Source: Bugula neritina (taxonomy: Eukaryota > Animalia > Bryozoa). Taken from it: a stretch of DNA of 64,000 bases. Under the pieces are notes generated by a model. It had not been told where the DNA came from, made no database searches, and saw nothing but the letters and a program-made list of their open reading frames with translations. Positions 56,327-64,000 of this stretch are shown one piece after another (the first letter of the stretch is position 1; each line of letters begins with the position of its first letter). Position numbers and translations under genes: made by a program. The DNA lies in NCBI GenBank assembly GCA_964035545.1, contig CAXIUT010000103.1, positions 674,001 to 738,000 of the forward strand, written 5' to 3'.

Positions 56327-59300
56327 GAAGAAACGCAGGTCACCCAGACGGGCACCGCGTACTGGCAACCAACAGTGGCAACAGCCACGACGGACCAGCA
56401 AGGGGCTCCGCCCCGCCGCTACCTATTCCATGTCCCTCCACAATCGATTCGAAAGGCTACCAGCCCAAGAATCTGGATGGGAGCCAACAAAGGTAGCCGG
56501 AAATCTAGCCTCAGCACCTCCGAGGCCCACTTACCACCATCCCAAGAGACCTCCTTCACGACCCAAAGCGAGGGAGGTACTCCCTGCGAGAGTAAGGCCT
56601 GAAGAGAGAGTTCAGGTGCAGCCCCATGGGAACAGCTATTTCTTGCCCGGTAAACTGGAAGGCAAAGCTGTTACTTTCCTCATTGATTCGGGCTGTACCA
56701 CGAACCTCTTAAGCCGCCAACTCTTCGACACCCTCAGTGCTAGGGTCAGGGGCGAGATGGAACCATACGAGGGGGAGTATGGCACCCTGGCTGACGGGTC
56801 GTGCCTTCCCTTCTATGGTATAATTGAGCTGACGGGACGAGTACGTGATCAAACGATCCAAGAGACGTTCATCGTCAGTCAGCTCAAGGAGGACGCTATC
56901 CTCGGGATGCCATTCTTAAAACGGCACGGATGTCACATCGATTTTAGTAAATCTGCGATGGTGATGTCCGGGCGAGAACTCGCCTGCGTCGACAAATTCG
57001 GCCGCCCTTTAGTGGGAGGTGTGCAGGTGGTACGTAACCGTACCATACCAGGCCGCTCCCGGGCTACCATTCACTGCAGGGTGAACAATAGCCGGATCTC
57101 CGGACTCGGGGTAGTTGAATCCAACTTGCCAGCAGTCTGAATCAGCTGACTGAGCAAGGGGAGATCTTAGTGCAGTGCGTCAACCCATTTACCGAGTCTG
57201 TCAAGCTTCCGGCTGGGTCTATGCTGGGCCGTTTTCACTCTGTTCAGGAGGAAGACGTGGGCCCGTCGCTGGGTGATGCGACGGAGGCATTCCCTCGGTG
57301 CCCCACTCAAGGGCGAGGGACAATCCCAGCACATCTCCGGGAGTTGTATGACACAGCCTGTGGCGGCTGCGCGAGTAACAAAGAACGCCAGGCTATGGCG
57401 AAGTTACTACGCGACTACGGTGATGTGTTCAGCAGCAGAGATCATGACGTGGGGCTGACTGGAGTTGTCAGACACGAAATACCGCTGACTGCAGGGACAG
57501 TCCCTGTCCGGCAACCCACACGTAGGCTGGGGCCGGAAAAAGAGAAGGTGGTTAGCCGACAAGTACGGGATCTTCTGGACCGAAGACTGATAGAGCCCGC
57601 CCATAGTGCGTGGAGCTCGCCGGTCGTACTGGTCCGGAAGAAAGACGGCAGTTGGCGGTTCTGTGTGGATTACCGCAAGCTCAATAGCGTAACCATACAA
57701 GACGCCTACCCTCTCCCTCGTATCGACGAGTCATTGGATGCCCTAGCCGGCAGCAAGTACTTCAGTATGTTAGACTTGCTGAGTGGCTACTGGCAAGTTC
57801 CTCTGAGTCCCGATGCCCAGGAGAAAGCGGCGTTTATCACACGGGACGGTTTGTGGAAGTGGAAGGTGTTGCCTTTCGGGTTAACCTCCGCCCCAGCCAC
57901 CTTCCAGAAGCTGATGGAGCAAGTCCTTAGCGAGCTCCATTGGAAGACACTGCTGGTCTACCTCGATGATGTCATCGTGATCTCCCCAGACTTCGAGACG
58001 CATGTCAGTCGTCTACAGGAGGTCTTCGAGAGACTCCGAGGTGCCGGTCTTAAGCTCAAACCTTCCAAGTGCGCTCTATTGCACCCGGAGGTCAAGTACC
58101 TGGGGCACGTTGTCGGTCGAAACGGCGTGGCAACGGATCCCGAAAAGGTACGGGCGATAAAAGACTGGGTCACCCCCCAAGACTTGACCGGAGTCCGGGT
58201 TTTCTTGGGGCTGGTAGGGTATTACAGGCAATACATACCGGACTTTGCGGGCATAGCACAGCCGTTAAACCGGCTCACCGCAAAGGGAGTGACGTGGCAG
58301 TGGACCCCAGTCAAACAAGGAGCGTTCGACCGCCTCAAGGGCTGCCTGCTAACGGCGCCCATCTTGGCCTACCCAGACCCCACTCTGGAGTACATCCTCG
58401 ACACGGACGCCAGTGACCGAAATGTTGGCGCTGTGCTGTCTCAAGTGCAGGAAGGCCGAGAGGTAGTAGTAGCCTACTACAGCAAGTCTCTCTCACCCGC
58501 TGAACAAAATTACTGCACTACCCGCAAGGAGCTGCTGGCAGTAATCAAGTCAGTGAAGCACTTCAGACCATACTTATATGGCAGGAAGTTCCGGCTGCGT
58601 ACGGATCATGCCTCGCTGATCTGGTTGTGCAAGAGAGCAGAGCCCTCTAGTCAGGTCGCCCGGTGGCTCGAAATCCTAGCTGAATTCTCGTACCGGATCG
58701 AACATCGACCGGGCAAGAGACACAGCAATGCGGATGGTTTGAGCCGCCGACCTGATGGAGGTTGCAAACAGTGTCTCAACATCGAGAGGAGGGACGGAGG
58801 TCCCCCGCGATGCGAGTTGGAGACATTGGTTCACCACGGAGCACCGTTTGACTGGGACCAGGGTCAACTCAGGCAAGAGGTTGACGAGTCCCCGGAGGTT
58901 GTACAGAACCTCCGCGCCAATCCTGTACTGGCCAATAATGTCCAGGAGCTGAAGAAGCTCCAAGAGGAGTTGCCTGGGGTAGTGGCAGACATATATCAGG
59001 CCAAAAATGACGGGCGACGACCCAGCGAGGAACGCATACGACAGGGATGCGCCGAGTTCCGGCTACTCTGCCAGCGTTGGGACTCGCTGAGGATCGGGCA
59101 GGATGGTCTATTGACTATCTCTCTAGCTGCCAACGGCAGACACCCGGAGAGGAAAAGGGTGGTCTGCCCCAGTGCCATACGCCGTGAGTTAACCTGGGAC
59201 ACTCACAAACAGGCCCACGCAGGGGTCAAGAGAGTGATCTCCAAATTGCAACTCCGGTGGTGTTGGCCCAAAATGGGGCGGGATGTCCGGCTCAGAGTAA

Positions 59301-60822
59301 AGCAGTGCGAAATCTGCCAGGCCAGCAAGCATGGCCGTCTCCCTGGTGAAGCGGGACGGTGAAGGCTATATGCTGGCAGGCCGTGGCAAGTGGTAGCTGT
59401 TGACCTGGTCGACTGTTGACCTGTTGACCCTGACCCCCAGAGGCAATAGTTGGATCTTAGTATTAACCGACCACTTCACTAGGTGGGCGGATGCTCTGGC
59501 CATCCCAGACGCGTCAGCCCCAACAGTGGCCAGGGTACTGGACCAACATGTATTCTGTTATTTCGGTCTCCCCGAACAGATACACTCTGATCAAAGCGCT
59601 CAATTCCAGTCTCAACTGATGAGCGACCTTTGCCGCCTCTAGGGAGTAAATCAGAGCAGGACCACCCCCTATCACCCACAAGGTAATTGGGTGGTGGAGC
59701 GCAACAACCGGATGCTAGGTGATGCGCTCCGGAGTCTCCTCCTTGGATGCAGTCAAGAGGAATGGGACACGGTGTTGCCGCAGGTCATGCGTGCATACCG
59801 TAGCACCCCACACACCAGTACTGGTGAGACCCCAAACCTCTTGATGCTCGGGAGAGAGACCCGCGTACCTGACCATCTCACCTACCACGTTCCAGAGCTA
59901 GACAACTCAATTCACGAGTATGCCAGTGAACTAGTGGAACGGATGAAGGCCGCACACGATATACTGCGCGAACTGCAGTGGAAGGTGCGACACGAAGATT
60001 CCGAGGAACCACCCCTCTACCAAACAGGGGATAAGGTGTGGATGGTCAATTGCCGTAGGCGTCGCGGACAGGCGGCTAAGTTACAGCCTAAGTTCGTGGG
60101 ACCCTACGTGATCGTCGAGGCTATGCCCAACCATACGTACGAGATTGAGCGCTCAGGACAAGTGTCTATCCAGAATGAGTCTCGCTTGAAGCCGTATTGG
60201 GCTAGCCCCGACGCAGTGGGAGAAGCCCGCCGTTGTTGGAGCCCAGGAGGCAGACAACAACGCGCGGGCGACGGCGGCATGGACCTGAATATGAAGTGGT
60301 CATACTGCGGGAGGAAAACTTGGTGAGAGAAGAGCGACAGCTTTTGCCAACAGAAGCGTGTCCGCCGCCACCAAGTCTAATTCCATCACTTCCAGAAACC
60401 GAGCCGGCTCCGGAAGTGCAAACCCCCACGGAGGGAGGGGCTCCATCTGGAGAACAAGAAGAAGTGACTGCCAACGGTGAAGTAGAGACGCCATTAGAGG
60501 CCCCTGCTAACAAACCGGCGAGCGTGTCACCCCCCCCCTAGAAAGGGGACAGCGTACGAGGCAACCCCCCGCATACTTGAAGGACTTCATATGCGACTGC
60601 GTTAAAAGCGGCACGTATGAAAGTCTAGGGGAAAACCGTACGAGAAAAATATCGAGCAAATGTGGGAGTTGTCAACACCACGGAAATATCAACTTTTGTA
60701 TCGGCGGAAATAGAAACAAAATTCATCCGCCGGGTGCACCAAGTCTTAATCACGCACCCCAACCACGTTGCTCGATCCCATACGCTGATGTAGTCAAGAG
60801 TAGACGTGTTTCTAAGCAGTAG
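56268..60822 (+). pseudogene. pol: Pol polyprotein: aspartic protease, reverse transcriptase, RNase H, integrase; disrupted
   Basis: PR FLIDSGC (~56685); RT WRFCVDYRKLN, PFGL and YLDD (57959); RNase H LDTDAS; IN H-x3-H...CEIC, HSDQ, YHPQGN..VER, GPY; C-terminal RTRQPPAYLKDF. Stops at 59360 and 59640; frame changes near 57118, 59410, 60228 and 60535. Confidence 0.95.
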
Positions 60823-60846
60823 TTCAAACCATTTCACAAATTCAGT

Positions 60847-61917
60847 ATGTCTTACGACAACAGATCGTGGGGTGAGTTAACTATATCTTAATATGAAACT
60901 AGATTGCATCGCTCAGCTCCGACTCACTGAGTCAAACGAGCTGGAGATAGGTTAGTGAACTACCGTAGTAAGAACTCAGTTTGACTTAGAGATTTTATAA
61001 TCTCATTGCAATACGTGTTCTATCTGACTATTCACTACCATAAATCTCTACGAGGTAACTGAGAGAGTAGTTGCCAGGCTGTTCAAGCTGACAACACGGC
61101 AGTGTACTATACTAACACTGTTGAAACTTTTTCAGATTACACTCGACCCGTTACAACCAGGGTACGGGATAGAGCACTTCCCGCTCCGCATCCTGAGGAG
61201 TATGCCAATGGTGACCGGCCCGAGCCACTGCGCCGCCGTTGGCGGTGGGTGTCTCCAGAAACAGAGGAGCAGATAGAAACGGCCTGGAGGTCCAAAGGAC
61301 GGATGCGGTGCCAGATTTGTGACGAAGAATGTGCCTCTCACCGCTCCTTGAAGCTACATGTCAACGCCCATCTCTTGCTCACATTCTGCCCCTGTGGATA
61401 CAATGATGTCTACCCCTACCCCGTCACCAGACATCGAGCGACGGGCTGTTTCTCCGGAGAGAATTACGTGGTGAATGCCAAGCTCTATCCAGAATTCCTC
61501 ACTCTGATACGACCCCTAGTAAAGAAGGCGATGTTGTTAGCCGTCCTGACCTCAGGTTTCCAGCGTGTACTAGACTATGCCAGGCAACAATCTCCATTGG
61601 TATCTGACCGCCCTCAGATTGCGTACACCCCCGAAGAGTTTTCCTATCCCGGAGAAGGAGAGATCTCCCCTACCCCGACGAAGAGACGAACCAGGTCTCC
61701 CAGTCCCCCTCTGCGCCGCAGACAGACACCGTCCCCAGACCCTGCTCGCCTGGCTACAGTGGAGGAACGCCTTCTCCGCCTACAAGAGGAATTTACCCAG
61801 TTAGCACCGGACTTGCTTAATACCACGACAGGGCTCTTTCAACTAAAAGGATCGGTGGGCCGGATTAAACGGAAGCTACGTACGTGCCAAGCCAAACATC
61901 GGCGTGCCCAACACTGA
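60847..61917 (+). CDS. Spliced accessory ORF3 of the retrotransposon: join(60847..60871,61136..61917), 268 aa; C2H2 + C2HC zinc fingers, basic SP-rich tract, C-terminal coiled coil
   Basis: ATG at 60847 (MSYDNRSW) then G|GTGAGT donor; TACTAAC branch point at 61110-61116; TTTTTCAG acceptor ending 61135. The phase-1 join gives GAT in frame with the open 61102-61917 ORF, which has no ATG near its 5' end. Confidence 0.78.
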
Positions 61918-62192
61918 CTCTGGTTCTGCTGCCGGAATAACCCACAACTTTGTCCTCTTGGGAGACCCAAGACTATCATGTAAATGCTCGATTGCTCGAC
62001 AGGTCGACCCTTTGTCCAATACCACAGCTAGCCGGTATTTCTCCTCTATAGCTGGCCAATTGTATGTAGCCTGCTGTTATAATGACTCTGTCTGTTATTG
62101 TATATCTTATATATTGTCTTTTTCCAATTTTGTCTACTGATGTATGTGGGTAATGAAGAAATAATTTTTATATCAGAAAGAGAGCTTTCTGC

Positions 62193-62204
62193 TGGTGGGG
62201 GCGG
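62193..62204 (+). promoter_or_regulatory. Polypurine (G-rich) tract
   Basis: TGGTGGGGGCGG abuts the 3' LTR; preceded by the hairpin CAGAAAG-AGAG-CTTTCTG (62174-62191). Confidence 0.7.
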
Positions 62205-62512
62205 TGTGGTGGCTCGTGGAGCTACCAGCAGCACAGTATACAGGGTCGCGTAATTGACCCGGAATAATTGATAGCCAATTAGCGGTTTTGATAGTTAGCA
62301 GCAGTATTAATTTTCCCGCTGTTAGTTAGTCGAAGTTAGAGTGCTGAATAGTCTAGATGTGTGGATTGTCAAATGTATTTGTATCGTTTTGTAATGTGTT
62401 ATTGTGTTTGAAATATATATACTCGTTCACTCGACTTATCCTGGTGCAGTTCTATAGTAAGTAATTAGACTCTCTGGATAGCCTATCAACCCTAATTCTG
62501 AAAATCATAACA
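62205..62512 (+). repeat. 3' LTR (308 bp)
   Basis: 305/308 identical to the 5' LTR; TG...CA ends. Confidence 0.97.
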
Positions 62513-62516
62513 ATAT
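62513..62516. repeat. 3' target-site duplication ATAT
   Basis: Matches 55017-55020. Confidence 0.9.
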
Positions 62517-62997
62517 GTTGGCAGTATAATTTTTCAAGTTCTTCAATTGATAGCTGTTACCTGAAAAAAAAACAACAGCCAATTTGGAAAAGGATGTTTT
62601 AGACACAAAATTTGGTACATAAAATTCGAGTTGGTTTGCAGCAAAATTATTCTAACAGGTAAACATAAACTGATGGCCTGAGAACAAAATTATTCAGAAA
62701 CCAACTCTTCAGTCAAAGACTGTACATTCACTACATTCACTGATTCACATTATGCAAATATATTTTTCATTTGTCTTATGGAAAGTTACAGTGAAGGAAA
62801 CCACAACCACAAATTAAGCCCTATACGGCATCCATTCCCATAATGCACATTCATGGAAACGCAGTGACTGCAATAAACCTGGCCTGTATAACTAGCTCCT
62901 AAAATATAACATGATGTTGTTTTTAATATATTACACCTATAAACATGCTGTAATATATTATATAACTATGGGGTGCCAAATGGTCAAAAATTCTCTT

Positions 62998-63360
62998 ATT
63001 ATTACATCTCATATGCTTATAATACAGTATCGAGCCATTATTCTCTCTCATATGCTCACAAAACGCTCTCATAGGTACATAATTTGCTCTCATACCCTTA
63101 TTATTCGAGCTCTTAGGTCTATTATTTAGTTTCACACTGCTATTATTCATTCCCATACCCTTATTTCTCCTCCTTTTATGCTCATTATTCAGTCCCATAC
63201 CTCCATTATATACTCTCATATCCCTATTGCTTGCTCTGCTATAGACATTATTGAATCTGTTATGCTTATTATTCTCTCTCATACCCTTATTACTGTCTTG
63301 CTTTTTCGCCCCTATTACCAACTGTCATACCTCTATTATTCGCTACCATACCTCTATTCT
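62998..63360. repeat. Degenerate 21-bp minisatellite, ~17 copies, consensus ~ATTATTCTCTCTCATACCCTT
   Basis: ATTATT-anchored units recur about every 21 nt (one 18-nt and one ~25-nt unit). Confidence 0.85.
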
Positions 63361-63761
63361 GAAAAGCCAGTGTTTGTGTACACGTCACATTTTTTGTGTA
63401 TGTACCAGTCTATAGATTTACCCGACTAATGAATAGGTTAAGCTCAGCCCTCTTAGGCTGAATTTGTGCAGATAATCACAATTACACAAAGAGTGTTGAA
63501 TAAATGCATTCACTTAGCCATTCCATATAGCAGCAAAGTATACCAGCTAGAATTTTAGTTTGCGCACAGAAGTTTACAGGCATCAGATTTCTCAGAGGTA
63601 AGAATTTTTTTAAAGATAATTGAAATCAATTATACATTTTTTATTAAGGAATGCCATTATAATTATTACTGTGTATATTCATATTTAATTTTATATCGTT
63701 ATCATATAAAAGCTGACACTGATGATGCACTTGTACCACTCTTCATAATCATTTTGTTTAG

Positions 63762-63854
63762 AAAAGCTAGGACCACAACTATCAGCATGGCAGGAAACAA
63801 CGTGAATAGGTTGACTCATCTAAGAGATGTTTTGAATGCAGCATCTACTTCAAG
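63762..63854 (+). CDS. Probable host-gene exon (93 nt; KARTTTISMAGNNVNRLTHLRDVLNAASTS), product unknown
   Basis: ATTTTGTTTAG acceptor, AAG|GTGAAT donor, open frame with ATG at 63787, and in-frame join to the next exon. An upstream GAG|GTAAGA donor lies at 63597/63598. Confidence 0.5.
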
Positions 63855-63941
63855 GTGAATAACTTTTTGTACTATAAAATATAAATATTGTTATATAAAA
63901 ATTTGTTGCTCATATTTCAATAATTTTATTACATATCACAG

Positions 63942-64000
63942 GCATGTTGCTAAGTTCATTGAAAATACTGGCCTTAATAAGTGGACAAAAAAAAGTCAAG
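63942..64000 (+). CDS. Probable next host-gene exon (RHVAKFIENTGLNKWTKKSQ...), reaches the window edge
   Basis: Follows an 87-nt AT-rich GT-AG intron (63855-63941); the phase-2 join stays open to the window end. Confidence 0.45.

Larger units (their letters stand above)
55021..62512 (+). mobile_element. Full-length Ty3/Gypsy LTR retrotransposon (7492 bp), gag/pol disrupted, with an additional 3' gene
   Basis: Two 308-bp TG...CA direct repeats, 4-bp TSD, PBS, PPT, and PR-RT-RNaseH-IN domain order diagnostic of Ty3/Gypsy. Confidence 0.98.

Noticed and set aside
61102-61917. ORF3 as an env gene, or GTG at 61102 as its start codon
   Set aside because: No signal peptide or transmembrane anchor; the first 11 codons coincide with the branch point and acceptor, so they are better explained as intron.
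55498-62234. Antisense and alternate-frame ORFs within the retrotransposon
   Set aside because: Shadow ORFs of GC-rich coding sequence, with no motifs.

Overview
AT-rich eukaryotic DNA (probably invertebrate animal; no prokaryotic features) in three parts. (1) 1-51898: a head-to-tail tandem array of a 1341-bp unit (38 complete units plus a 946-bp partial unit, running off the left edge). Units are about 99% identical, with mosaic SNPs and local higher-order structure. The repeated short ORFs are not credible genes, but the unit carries splice-like signals and a G-quadruplex motif. (2) 55021-62512: a full-length 7492-bp Ty3/Gypsy LTR retrotransposon with 308-bp LTRs, ATAT target-site duplication, tRNA-Leu PBS, a G-rich PPT, a -1 frameshift signal and disrupted gag/pol. 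Its most striking feature is an intact, apparently spliced third gene between pol and the 3' LTR. It would encode a 268-aa non-Env protein with two zinc fingers, an Arg/Ser-Pro-rich tract and a seven-heptad coiled coil, which resembles the organisation of an accessory gene of a complex retrovirus. (3) Flanking unique DNA with a degenerate 21-bp minisatellite and probable host-gene exons at the right edge. All calls are from manual reading; no database search was run.
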